Below, one piece after another: positions 38,708-51,320 of a stretch of DNA of 64,000 bases. The notes beneath the pieces were generated by a model. The model had not been told where the DNA came from. It made no database searches and saw only the letters and a program-made list of their open reading frames with translations. The stretch is from Amoebophrya sp. A120 (taxonomy: Eukaryota; Protista; Dinoflagellata). Numbering within the stretch: the stretch's first letter is position 1; each line of letters opens with the position of its first letter. Location: assembly GCA_905178155.1 (NCBI GenBank), contig CAJINV010000003.1, forward strand, positions 9,803,979 to 9,867,978, written 5' to 3'. The translations under genes and the position numbers were made by a program.

Positions 38708-41700
38708 TCGAAGTCGGCCCGCCTGGTCGTTTTACCCGGGCCGGGCCGCTGCGGGCTCCGGCAGGTCGCGCAGGCGGCACGGCCTCAACATCATCCCATG
38801 CGCCAGATATTAATTTGCCGTCCCCCGCCCTGGCTGTGTGCCTGCAATGCCGCAGCGCCGTCGCCTCAGATGATGGCGCAACTGGTTCCCGCGTACCTCT
38901 CCCATCACCTCGCTTGCCCCTAGCAACACCCTCCGAGGTAGCAGCGCATCGCGCGCGCTTCCTTTTCTTCTTCTGCACATATCTCCCGACCTAGGACACA
39001 AAAGCCGTGCCCTCGGTCGCGTTCGAAGCAGGTCGCCCTTGCGCCTCCCGTGGCCGCGCCTGTGATTCGCTTGGCCGCCCCCTTTCTGGAGGTGCTTCCT
39101 TCTCGGTGGGCCGGCTTGCCCACGACCCGGGGCGCTTGCAACTCCTGCAACTGACACACAATCTCCGGAAAAGGGCCCTCGGGCTCCAGCAGACCAAGTA
39201 AGGCGGCCCGAAACGCGCCCGGCCCTCCGCCTGCGGCTATCAGGTGGCAGGGCCCGGAGAGGGGTCGATGGAGGACCTCTGGGAGGACCGGCGGAAAGCA
39301 ACCTGCACAAAGGCGCGGCCAGGCACCGCAAGTCCCGCGGATCGTGCCGGACCTGGCCGACTTCCTTCACCAAGCAAGGAGACCGGGTTCTTTTTTATTT
39401 TCACCTTCTTCTTTCAAGTTTTGTTCTTTTTGTCCTCGGTCTACCGGAATAGCTGGACTATCCTTCACATTTCTACAGACAACGCATACGCCGGGTGGCT
39501 AGTCCTCCCGCGCTGCCAAATATCTGCTTGTGGAGAAAGAGAAACAGAAACGACACAGACGCTGGCGCCAGCTAGCGTCGGTAACAGGACAGCACATCGC
39601 AAAACGAGTGACGAGGGCAGCTTTTCCACAACCGGCACAAATCCGACTGAGGGGCGAAGGAAATAGGTAGGCAATGCATCCCATTCTCTTCATGCAATAC
39701 ACAAAAAGTCTCTGCCTGGAACCTTTCCAAGCCAAACCCTTGGGATTCCTGGGGACATGGCGTTTCCCAGTTTGATAGGGGAACCGGTGGATGAATTAGT
39801 ACCCGAGGAGCGAAAAGAAGCTTCTGCAGCAGGAGACGGGGTCGAAGACGGTGTCGCGGAATGAAACGGCTGCGCGGCAAGGTTGTAGTCCTCGAATATC
39901 GACCAAGAAAACAAACTTTCTTTTATCGCATGACTCGCGGGTGCGCTTTGGTATTCTCCTGGGAGCGCGTCCCTTGGTGGAAGAAGTGGCATCCTGCGTA
40001 AAAATTAGACAAGTCACTGCGTAAAAACTACACATGCCTCTTCTGACTGTGGAGGTCTCGTTTCACTTTCAGACGGATACACTAAAAATCGAACTTCATC
40101 ATACAGCGCGTGGCTGCGACGAAGTGCCAGGACTCCTAGCAGTGCAGGAAGAAGAACGCTTATTCGGCTACTTCGATTATGCAAGCGTTGGGAACATGCT
40201 GGCCTCTAGTGATGCACAGGATACCGACAGAGAAGTCCTTTTGCACGCACTGCACCTTTGGTAGGGATTTCTGCAGCCAGAAAGCCGGCGATTGCCTCCC
40301 CGATTCCCCACTGGCTGCGATTGTCGTCTGTTCGTCCGGATTTTTCCGTTTTCTTTCAGAACGAAAAAAAGGGCCGCCCCCTGCCCATACTCAGCAAAAG
40401 CGGTAAGCTCCACTTTTTGTCAAGAGTTCCGACTACACTAGTCAAGCCTCATAGAAGATAATTTTGTGGCGTGCAGAGGGGTCGAGGCAGATGCAAAAGA
40501 AACGTAGGAGGCTTGGCTGCAGCCTACCGGGTGACTACGTTGCGACACGTGTCTCCCTCTGCAAGCATCCACATTCTTAGGTAGAAACTTCCGCCAGAAG
40601 CCTCTCGGTCTCGAGAAATTGTTCCGCTCCTACGTACATAACTTGATAGATAAAATGCCAAGCGTTGTATGGCTTTTTCGCTGCCACCGTGCACTGTGCG
40701 GCTATTGTAATTTCACGCAATCAGGTTCCCGCATGTGTGCGCAGCTGATAGGGCGCAGCAGTCTCCTGGCCTTTTGCGTTCACTTTCATGAGACCGCGGC
40801 AGCAATCTTGACGGGGAAATCACTTGGATGCTCGCTTCTTCAGGCGGGCGACTAACTTTCTGCCGCATTGGCTACATTACTGCTTGTAAGCCGCCGGGGC
40901 TTGTTAGTGCCTCAATCGATCGCCTCCAGAGTTGACGGGAACAGGAATTGCGTGCGCGCTTCTTCAGGCGAGCGAGTGGCTGTTTGTCATGAAACGCCGC
41001 GCGTTTTAGTGGTGAACGGCCAAGCTCGGGGAGTTGCCGGGGAGAAGGACTGCCGGAGCCTTCCATCAACCCTGGCTTCAGACTGGAGCAGAGCTGCCTC
41101 CTCTTCCGTAATGCTCCTGTCAGCCTCCACACAGCCACAAGGTCCTAAACAAGCCACCTTTGCTTCCCTTCCTTGCGTCAGAACAGGCGCCATAGAAATG
41201 GCAGGTCCTAAGCAAGACAAAGACTCCTCTTCCTGCCTGCGCTACCTGAGCCGGAGCCCTGATAGCGGTACGCAAAGGCCACCGGGGAACGCAGGAAAGC
41301 GCGGATTTACAACCTGCATCCCCAGCTGCCTCACTAAAACCCTTGGCGCTACCCTGAAGCCCTTCCGCCGCTTTCCTCTTTGCTCGATGTGTGTGCAATT
41401 ATTCTCCTTCAATTGACGGGAATATCAAAAACGCCTCGCTTGGCAATGGCTACAGGCGCCGCGCAGTGCGTGTCTTACGTGGCTGCAGCAAAAACAGGCG
41501 CCCTACGCTTGACACTTTCTCCCCTTGCTCTCTTGCATGAAGCTCGCGCCCGGAGGGCGATCTTGGGAAACAAGTGGGTGCGTGAACATCTAACCAGCGC
41601 GAAGATCCGCCAGCCTTTTTCCAACATCAGGGCCGCGCTTTTGCCGCACGGCAGCCGGCGCACCGAGAAAAAACGACAGCTCTTGGAGCTCCACCCTAGT

Positions 41701-42639
41701 GGAGTTCCAAGCGGACTCCACCACTTCCCCGCGGCCCCAGGGAGCCGCGGACGCCTGAGCACAGTCGCCCGCGGCGGCCCCGGCCCGCAGGCTCCGGCGC
41801 TACGCATTGCAAGCGAAATGCAGCCAACTCGCAGCGGGGCGCCCTTTTTAGGCCCCAGCTCGCAGCGGGGCATTTCTTCTAGGCCCCTCGCGACAAAACA
41901 GCCCGCTCTGAATGGCCCCCGCCGCCATGCCATGGTGCGTAGCGTCATACACGAGGGCAGGCGGGCCCGCGAAAATGCGCAAATCGCAAGAAGTTGCCCA
42001 ATTTTCGGCCTTTCCAGAAGGCCTTCTGGGCCACCCAAGTTGACCCCTTTCAATCGGGGGAGGCCTTCAACTTGTGGCCCTCAGAAAGGTCGAAAACCGT
42101 GCGCGTGTGACACATCTCCGCAGGATCTACGTGCCTTATTTTTTGCTCGTTCATTCCCGATGGCGCGAAGCCTCGAAAAATTTTCAAACCATCTCGCAGC
42201 GGCCATCTAACGTCAGGCTTTGCATGTCGCAAAAACGCTGCGCTTTTGGGATGCCCATCGGCTTTCGGGCCATGCACGGAGTCGGTTTTTCTATTTGGAC
42301 TCGTTATATTCCGCGGCAAAGGGTTGCGCTTTTTTTTCCTTTTTTTTCGAATAGCTATCGGCTTTCGGGCAATGCACAAAGTCGGGCGGTGCTTTTCTTG
42401 GGCCCATTCATATACTCGCTCAGTGGGCATCCGGTCCACAGGATGCCCGGCCCAGAGGGTACGGTCCGGAGTACCTGAACCACGGTGCCTGGTCTGAGAG
42501 GGTGCCTGGTCTACGCGGATGCCTAAATATATACTCTACCTTCAATTATTTGATCTCGTCTCAGTTATTTCATTGCCTGGCCAGGGGCGTTGCTTCCTAC
42601 ACTTGTAGTCCTGTCCTCACTACATTGCCCACCTGCAAA

Positions 42640-45600
42640 GATTTACCTCGGGTATGGGGTGGGAGCAACAGACCTTTCCTCGTGATAAAGCCCGCGAATG
42701 GCCCATGCACTTCTTTCGTCGTCCACTTCTACCTTCAGCCGCCGCCATTCGCCGGAGTGTCCGCCAGTTTTGAGCTCGACACTGAATGTATCGTTTAGCA
42801 TCGACATCGGTAAAAGCCCGCAGGGAAAATTAAACAAAGGAGAGAAGTCCGCTTCGCCCGCCGGTCGGCTACCGGAAGTATGAAATTTGTACGACTCCAA
42901 TTGTTTGCATCGGTTGGCCGGGTGCAATTTCTCGCCGCCACTCTTCAGTTGCTCTTCGTCCCGTGTATCCCGCGCAAGCAAACTCTTGCTGCTTTCAAAC
43001 TCGCTGGACGACTCACGCCATGGCCATTCGCCTGGTGCGTGTACGTGTAGCGAGTGCTTTTATCTATTCATAACGTATCAATTACTTACTTCCTTAGCAG
43101 CATACGGTTTTCTTTTGCTGCTCAGGCACGAAGATCAATTCAGCCGACACGGACAGAGCCCTTTTGTCCCCACGTACACGTTGCTACCTGCACACCCTTA
43201 GTTACTTTCGCGAACTCCACCAGAGCGCTCCGTGATGAAGCGCTCCAGTGGTTGATCAGGGCCCTCGACCAGGTGAATGGACTCTGTTTCTGCTCTGGAA
43301 GGAGAGAAGACGACGCCGCGCGGCATCTCTCAGCATGACGAAACTCTGTGAGGCCCCACCAAACAGAGGACGGCCATCAGCTCGATCCTTTCCCCTACGC
43401 GTCAAGTCGTAGACGCCAGTTGACTTGGCCGAATCACGATGGATGACCGAACCGAATCACGATTCAGTGCTGTGTGGTTGTGGATCGTCGTGTCTCCACC
43501 TGGAACTTCCGTAGATCGTAAAGCGCAAGAATGGCACACCCGCGCGGCTTATTTCGCTCTGGCTAATCTATCAGAGCCATCGGGAGCATAGCGTGCTGAG
43601 CGAGGGACGAAATAATTACGAACGCGGTGGCTGCAATATTGTAGCACAGGGCATAAGAACGCAGCGAGGAACTTACGCCACTGGCTTGCTCTTGCAATTG
43701 CATTGCAGACGACTAAAGCGGTCAAGTTGCCCGCGCGTACTTCGCTTTGTGTGCGCGAGTGTTTTCGGACCCAACATCGCGCTGCCAGACGGAGTGATCT
43801 GTGGTCAAGGAAGTCGCTATTATTTCCGCAGTTGTCTAAAACGCAGTCAAGACCAAAATGCATGATATTGTTAGCTGCATACAAGAGAGAAGCGTCACTC
43901 AGGATACATTGACCACGAGTACAACATGTGGCTCTGAAAAAAATTACGAATTTCGACATTCAGATAAAACGGCCCGCTGCCAGCGTGGTCTACCACTTGG
44001 AACTCAACAAAACCTCGGCGATTTTGCGAAAAGGACTCGCCTGCATCAGTTGAGCCCGATGCTGCCGGTGTTCCCACTGACGTAGTTGAGGATGTGAGCT
44101 TTGACGATGCTGTCCCTGGCCCTGACTCTGTGCCGCCGGCTCCATTGAAAACAAGTACGCTCTGCGTCACCTGCACCCCTTCGCCCGCGACGACCGCTCC
44201 CTGCTCGTCCTGTCCGCCCCCTAGCCACGCGGCGTATGCAGGGCCACGTTGATACGTTACTAACTCCCGCATTTTTGGACATTTGACGGCGTCACGTTGG
44301 ACTTGCAAGAAGGACTGATTTACAAAGGATCGGCCGGGAAGAAAAACAGCATGTGCTCGACCCCCATGAGTAGTGTTCGGGCTTGCCTCGTGGTCTGCTG
44401 CATCAAGGTATGCCAATCTTGAGTCTCCACTGTGGTCCACTATCACCGAGGACGCTGCGTCATCATGCGGAAAGATCCCCCTCGCCCTCCGCATCATTGT
44501 CAAACCAAGACCTGCACTGCCGGACTTTCGTGGTCGCAATGACACGCCATGCCCGCCTGTGTCTTCCATAGAGCGGAAGCGAGACCTGTTGAGCGGTGCA
44601 TTTTCGAGGCAACCCCTGGAGCTCCTGTTTCACTCATACCAAACACGTCTCCCTCGCCGAACAACTGCAAAAACAAAAACTTTTCAGAAGCTCACAGTCT
44701 GCCTGCGGCCGCGGTGTCCCGCACCATGTCCATCATTTGTGCTAACAAATGACTCACGTAGCACAAGCATCCATTTGCGTATACGGAGAGCGGATGGCTT
44801 CTTCTTCATGATACGTGTCGTCAAAAAGTTGATCATACGCAACGCGAAATTCCACGACGTCGGCAACCGGAGTGAGCTCCAGCACACAGAAGAGCAAAAA
44901 ACAAAGGAAACCGTATGCAAATACGCTGGTAGACGGCAACAAGAGGCTGACCGATTTGTTGCACAGCTTCTCTAGATCTAAACTCTGCTTAACTAAGACC
45001 GGGTCGATCCAGTGAATGCCAGATGTAGTGCCGGCGTCTCCACGGCCTCTGCGCACCGGTGGTATTTTCGAGAACGGGCTTCCTTCCAATGGATCCTCGG
45101 CGTTACACTTTACGTCGCGGCTCGTCTCTCCGATTGACACAACCGTCACAGAACAGCTGGCAGGCGGCTGCCGCAGCTGCGGTCGCCGCGCCAGTTGCTG
45201 TTCGCACTGCTTGTGCGCAGCACTAAGCTCTGCCCGCCAGCTATCCTGGGTAGAAACGTCCCAGCTTCCTTGCGAAGATGTGAGCTCAGCATACGAGCGA
45301 AACAACTGCTCTCGGACTCAGGCCGGGCATAAACAAACAGCCCGGACATAAGCAAACCGCTTCGCGTGAATTAATGACTCATGTGGGAAGTCACGTCAGA
45401 CATGTCCTGCACATGCAAAACTTGCGGATGAGATAGTATATATTTACTGGGTCGTAGGGACGTTAAGCAGTGCAGAGGATATCCGGCAGACGCATTGCTG
45501 CTGGTCGTGACTGCGCCTTCACCTGAGGCAATCAGATGGAAAAACATCCCCGCCCCACACTCTGCATGTGGCTCTTTCATGAGCAAGAGGTTTCCTACGA

Positions 45601-47297
45601 GTTCCACGATGAGAGACGTTCGCTCCTTGTGCTCCTCATTCAGGGAAAATTTGTAATCGTCACCGTTTTGAAATATACATTTTCTGAGCAAAAGCGCTGG
45701 CCTTTTGATTGGCTTATTCCTATGTGTGTCCATTGATTTCTGCCAAGAAATGTTGCGAATTATGCGGCAGGCTCGCTAGTACATTTCAAGCATGCATGTT
45801 GACCCAGCCCGTTGAAGGTGGTCCAAAAATATCCCAGAAGCGCCTGCCGTTTTCCAGACCAAAACCGCGGCCCCGGAACGCCTTTGGCTGGGCAGCCGTC
45901 TAATGACACTTTCGCGACCAGCTTTGGGCTCTCAGAGTCCACGACACCTCGCAACCTGCAAAACTTCCGGGATTTGCCACCGAAGCGACACGAGCCCGAG
46001 ACTCTCAAGAGCCACCCAGCATCGCCCGCCGCAACATGCAGAACCTCCGCCGGCGAAGGTCGGGCTTCTATGCGCCAGAAGACGGCCTCTTCGCGACGGA
46101 CTTTTAGGAGCCACGCCCTCGGTCTTCACGACGGCAAAGCCAGCACTCCGGGGTGCTTCTGAACTGAGTTGAACTATCCGGGCCACCACCACCATGCTCG
46201 AGGTGTAATGCCTGGCGCACCACATTCGAAACAGCTAAGAGGCATGGGCGCCATGTGTGGGATACCTAGAAAAAATGAAACTTCTTTGGTCAAAAAATGA
46301 ACATGTCACAACGGTGACAAAGAAATTTTTTCTGCATACTCCTCGCGAATCTTTCCTTCTCGTCTTTTGATCGGGAGAGACAAGCGGATTAGGCATGCGG
46401 CCAGGATAGCTAGTCTAGACTTAGGTAAGGGCCTAGTACTGTCATGCGTGACTCCCAGACCAAACTGCTTCCGGAGTTGTACTTATCTTGCTGTGGTGTC
46501 GGTAGACCTCTATGGACAAGGGGCCCATGTAAATCTAAAAACACACGAACTAGGAAAGATAGACGAACTACAAGGCAACTCTGTGGGTAGTTACTTCGGA
46601 AATCGCAAATACGATCAAGAAGCAGTCAACCTACGAAGCTGCTGGCGCGGCTGCTGCCGCAGAGTGACCTTGTTTTCCTGCCACTTGACTAGGAGCAATT
46701 TTGTGTAACGAGGTGTATGCTATAGCAGAGCTCACATCGTGGCTTTGGGGATGGCGTAGAGACGTTTTTACACAGGATAGTAGGAGCCGTTGTGTCAAGC
46801 ACCGTACCCGGCACTATGGCTTGCTGCACAGCGTCTTCTACGGTGGATGCACATACTGCAATAGCCACTGCTGTGGCGTGACGATGTCCTTCATCATCTC
46901 GTTTGCTGTCTTTGTCATTTTCGCCAGTAAAACCTTCGAGTGTGTGCACTCCAGGCTGCACCGACAGGCTGGCTTCGGAAACGCCGCGGCAAGGGCTTGG
47001 GCTTCGGTTTCGTTCCGCCCTAGCCGGTGGACTACTCCTGTTGGGACCGTGGCCGCAGTACTTTTCCCGGAGCTGTTCTGAATGACTTCGCCCTTTGCTT
47101 GCACGACCGCGCTGCAGGTTTTTTTCTCGCTTGAGCGAAAATGTAAGCAAGCTGAAGTAAGCCAACTCCTTCCTGAGTTGCGTGGAACGCAGGGGAAAGT
47201 GAACTTTCTCATCCTGTCCAACACTCCCTGTACTTCTGGCCCAGCCACGTGCGCCGCCAAACCCGGTGGCTGTAGCATTGAAAAGCGACATCTCCAC
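42640..47297 (-). CDS. Multi-exon membrane protein, possibly polycystin/PKD2-like (TRPP) channel; may continue to about 39700
   Basis: Exons in ORFs 46689-47297, 45371-45733, 44754-45305 (TM segment FAYGFLCFLLFCVL), 43895-44569, 43549-43959 and 42643-42981. A phase-matched GT-AG intron at about 44586-44758 links two of them. WSASSRSALVEF (about 43210-43250) and FSVELKTGG resemble polycystin-domain WID..TRAV..EF and .FE...GG. Confidence 0.4.
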
Positions 47298-47934
47298 CAG
47301 AAAAAGGCAATGATCGCAATTTTCTTTCCGACAAAAAAAAAAGTACTATAGGTACATGTAAATTAGCTGACCAGCCTGCGCGACTAGTCCAAATGAACGC
47401 TTCGTAAGATTTCCATGAAAAGGTTTCCATAGAAGTCGGCGCCTTCTTCTGGGGTGAGCAAGTAGTCTATTTTCAAAAAGATAGCGAAGGCAGCTGCCGG
47501 CTCGTCTCGACCCTGCGTCATTCGATGCTGCCGCTTTGAAAAGACACCAAACGCGAGTACATCGCACTAAGTGATTTTTATCGTATTCACTTTCTTCCGC
47601 AACACCAAAGCCGACTTCTCAAGATTCCTACGGGGGTTGGATCTCACAGCAATTCAAGCTCTCTTCAAAAGCAAATGGGACTAGTAAAACAAATTAAAGG
47701 GCCAACATGTGTTGGGCGACCCGCTTCACGCCGACGACTCTGCTGCGCCCCAATGCTGTAGCTAGTTTTCCTAGCAAGATGCAAGCAGAAGGGAACGCAG
47801 CCGGTATGGTTGCGGTACTGAAAAAAAATCATTATCGAAGAAGTGAACTGTGCTCGGACTTGTGCTAGTTGGTTCCCTGAGTCCCTCCGTTGGCGCAACC
47901 ATAACACCGATACGAACAGAAAAAAAAGGACCGA

Positions 47935-48897
47935 GTCTTATCCTTGTATAGAAGATAACTGCCATGGATTAAAAAAATGCAAATGTCAGTTAGAGCGAGG
48001 TAGAATTCTAACATTGCGTTTGACGTTCAGAATCGCGCTCGAGCTTGAGTTTCAAAACCAAGTTCGAGTTTGAGACACAAGCTCGAGCTTGAGAGACAGG
48101 ATCGAGATTGAGTTTCAGATTACAAGTTCGAGTTTGAGATACATGCTCGAGTTTGAGTTTGAGAGACAAGCTCGAGTTGGAAATACGAGCTCGAGCTCGA
48201 GTTTGAGACACAAGCTCGGATTGGCCGCAACGGCCCGTGCTGCTGCTCCTCGTCTTGTCCAACCCATCAGCCGACGACCGTTGGACAACCAAGAGTCGTC
48301 CTGCGGGTGAGAAGTTGTCCGACGGCCGTCGGACAGCCAAGAGTCGTCCGACGGCTCAGAAATCGCCCGACGGCCGTCGGACAGCAAAAAGTCGTCCGAC
48401 GGCTCAGAAGTTGCCCGACTCCGACGGCTCAGAAGTTGTCCCGCGGCCGTTGGACAACCGAAAGTCGTCCGACGACCGTCGGACAGCCAAAAGTCGTCCG
48501 ACGGCTCAGAAGGTGCCCGAAAGTCGGACAGCCAAAAAGTCATCCGACGGCCGCCGGACAGCCAAAAGTCGTCTGACGGATCAGAAGGTGTCCGACGGCC
48601 GTCGGACAGCCAAAAGTCGCCCGACGGTCCTACGGCCGCCGGACAACCAAACGTCGGCCGACGGCCCAGAAGTTGCCCGGCGGCAGTCGGACAGCCAAAA
48701 GTCGCCCGACGGGTCAGAAGTTGCCCGACGCCATCGAGACACGTCGACGCACCTTCGGGGCCGGGTTGACCAGATTGGGCGCGCCGGAAATGGAGCGACC
48801 AATCGGGGCGCGCCGGAGCCGCAACAACGAACCACATTGGGCGTGCCGGCGCTTTGTTTTGGGGCCGGCGCTTTTTTCTTTGTGATTTGCTATCTAG
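47935..48897 (+). mobile_element. Non-autonomous element, copy A (conserved ends, TTGAGTTT/CTCGAG array, palindromic GTCCGACGGCCGTCGGAC array)
   Basis: Left end GTCTTATCCTTGTATAGAAGATAACTGCCATGG and right end CCGGCGCTTTTTTCTTTGTGATTTGCTATCTAG are homologous to the ends of 59067-59561. Confidence 0.7.
48270..48735. repeat. Tandem array (~45-50-bp units) built on palindrome GTCCGACGGCCGTCGGAC
   Basis: Unit AAGTTGTCCGACGGCCGTCGGACAGCCAAAAGTCGTCCGACGGCTCAG repeated about 8-9 times with variation. Confidence 0.9.
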
Positions 48898-49719
48898 ATC
48901 ATGCCGCTTGACGTTTGCGTTTCTTCTAGTGCCTACTTCCAGGAGACGCTGGCGTTGCTAGTTTACATTATTGAAAAAGAAAACGGACTTCCTTGGTTAC
49001 GTATCTGCGATATTGCCCCGCATGAGAACGCCAGGACCTCACCAGCGACAGACTGTCGCGCTGTCTTCTTCCAAGAAAAAAGGCACTGCACTAGCAGAAT
49101 AGGCGAAAAGCAGAAGCACACAGCTTCAGCCAAAACGGGCAGAATTAGTTCAGGACAGTCGCCTTCGGTTCATTCCAACGCCGGCACTAGCGAGATCATG
49201 ATCATGCTTACGTAGTTACAACCCTAGTCGCACGGGCTCACTGCTTTTTCGTTCTACGAGCAGTCCGCACACAGTACGAAACCGAAACCGAGTTCCCTTT
49301 GTGGAATCAGCGCTGTATTGCTTGCAGCCTCCGACCCTCCCTTTTCACTACTGCAACTGCTCGAGACCACATACAATTTGAAACTTTCTGTGTTCTTAGG
49401 CCCCGTTCATACCAACCACGCCACTGCTGCCACTTCCTGGTCACTGCCTTAGGCAAGACCCCCGCTCGGACGCGCCGCGAGTACACCACCGGCCCAATGC
49501 TTCCCCTTTGCTCTGCAGCGATCTCGCACTTCCCCGCCAAACCGCCTGCGCTTTCTTTCACAGTTGCAGGCCTCCTTCTCTTGCCATTCGATTTCACCCA
49601 CGAAAGAAATCCACAGACGAAACTGCCCGAGCCGCCGCCGCCGCCGCGCACGATCGAAAACAATGGCGGCCCAATTCAATACAGGAGCGAAAGAAATGCC
49701 TCCCTGCCGATAGATTCGA

Positions 49720-51320
49720 TTCCAGCTGGGCACACTGTTCCGCCGCCCCGCCAACCTTTTTCCCCGCCCCGGGCGCGGCCTTGTTTCGCCTGATCCGGGC
49801 GCACTACCCTGCCGCGCCGTGGTGTTGGCGCGCTGCAGGCTCCCCGCGGTTCTGGCGCGCCTCCCCATCCACCTGGCCCAGCGCGCCGCCACGCGCTTCC
49901 GGAGCTATTTGGGCGGGCGCCCGCCCCCGACGCACTGGCCCCCCCGGGCCCAGCCGGCGCACTCCCGTGATCTGGGCGCGCTGCGTGTGCGCCCCCCTCA
50001 CCCCGCGGCTTGTGCGCGCGCACTGCCCCACCTGGCCTTGGCGCGCTTGGCTTCGTTCCCCGTCCGGGCCCAGCGCGCCCCCCGCCCCTCTATGGTTTGG
50101 AGGCTCTGTGCCGCCTGGTCCGGGCCCCGCTGTTCCTCGGTTTGGTTGGGCAGGCGCGCGTCAGTCTCGGTCGATCCAACCCCCGGCGCACTTCCAGCCC
50201 AATCCGCGGGGAGGTGAAGCGGCGCGGCCAGGCCCGGTGGGGATGGTTGGAACAGTGCGCCAGGACCGAGTGAGGCAGTGCGGCGGGAGACGCTCCCGCG
50301 CACCACTGCGCCCGGTCTTGGTGCACTGCCCTTATTTCTCCGTCCCCGCGGTAGGTCCGGGCGCCCTGCGTGCCAAGACCGATCCTGGCGCACCTCGCCA
50401 CTCGCCTGCCCCCCCGCGGCCTCGGCGCGCGCAGTGTTCCACCCCGTGGGCCCGGGAACAATGTTCCGCCCCGAACAGCGCGGCCTCGGGAACACTTTGC
50501 GCCCCACCCAATCCAGGCGCACTTTACCGCACCCCCCGGGGCTTGGGCGCACTGCCGGAGCCCCCCGGTCGGGGCGCACTGCTCTGCACCCCCCTTCGCG
50601 GCTTCTTTTGGCGCGCTGCCCCAGACGTGCGATCCTGGGGCCACTGGCCCGCCCGATCCTGCGAAACTGTTCCGCCCGGCCCTAGCGCGCTGTCCCTCCG
50701 CCCCGTGCCCGGATAGCAATACTGCAGGGCGCTCCGGGACCCTGGCGGTCTTGCCCTTGGTTCTACATTCTCCCGCCCGAACAACGGCGCGCGGAAAAGC
50801 AAAGCGGACAGAGACGAAGCCCGTACGCAACGAGCGCAGGCACGTGCCGGCCCTTGGTCTTCGTGAAGTGTCAGGTCGTAGGGCGGGCGCTGTTGTTGTT
50901 CGGGCGCCAAGCACCACGCGGATCGCTGTACGCCGCAGGGATGACCTTCTTCGACACACGCGCGCACGCTTCTGACCAACCCCGTTCTGTGTCTTTCCCG
51001 CGACACCTTTGTAGTACCTGCGGGAATGCCCGCCGGGGGTCTCACGTACTGCTTCTAGTTGCACGTCCCTGATGGCCACGGCGCACTGCCCCATCCGGTC
51101 CGCCCGGGCGCGCTGTTCCGCCCTCCACCCGCGGGAGGGCTGGAAGGGCGCACTGCTCCGCCCGGGCCCGACGCATTGGATTTCTCCGCCCGGCTTGTTT
51201 GGCGCACTGCTTTTCCCCGCGTGGTAGGTTTGAGCGCGCTGCCCCGCCGGTCCTGGCGCACTGTCCCAGCTTCCGGCGGTCTGTTTGGGCCCCCCGTCTG
51301 CTCCACTGGCAATCTCGAGG
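49720..51320. repeat. Dispersed motif array, >20 degenerate copies of GGCGCACTG(T/C)(T/C)CC in GC-rich DNA
   Basis: Copies at, for example, 49729, 49797, 50015, 50249 (inverted), 50320, 50546, 50573, 51080, 51107, 51147, 51201 and 51255. Confidence 0.75.

Noticed and set aside
44570-44794. Non-canonical intron bounded by 8-bp direct repeat TCCGCTCT
   Set aside because: It restores the frame, but a canonical phase-matched GTGAG...CAG intron (about 44586-44758) explains the junction more simply.
48270-48735. CRISPR array or real repeat protein (ORFs 48115-48837, 48237-48911)
   Set aside because: No unique spacers; the ORFs are by-products of a stop-free palindromic tandem repeat.
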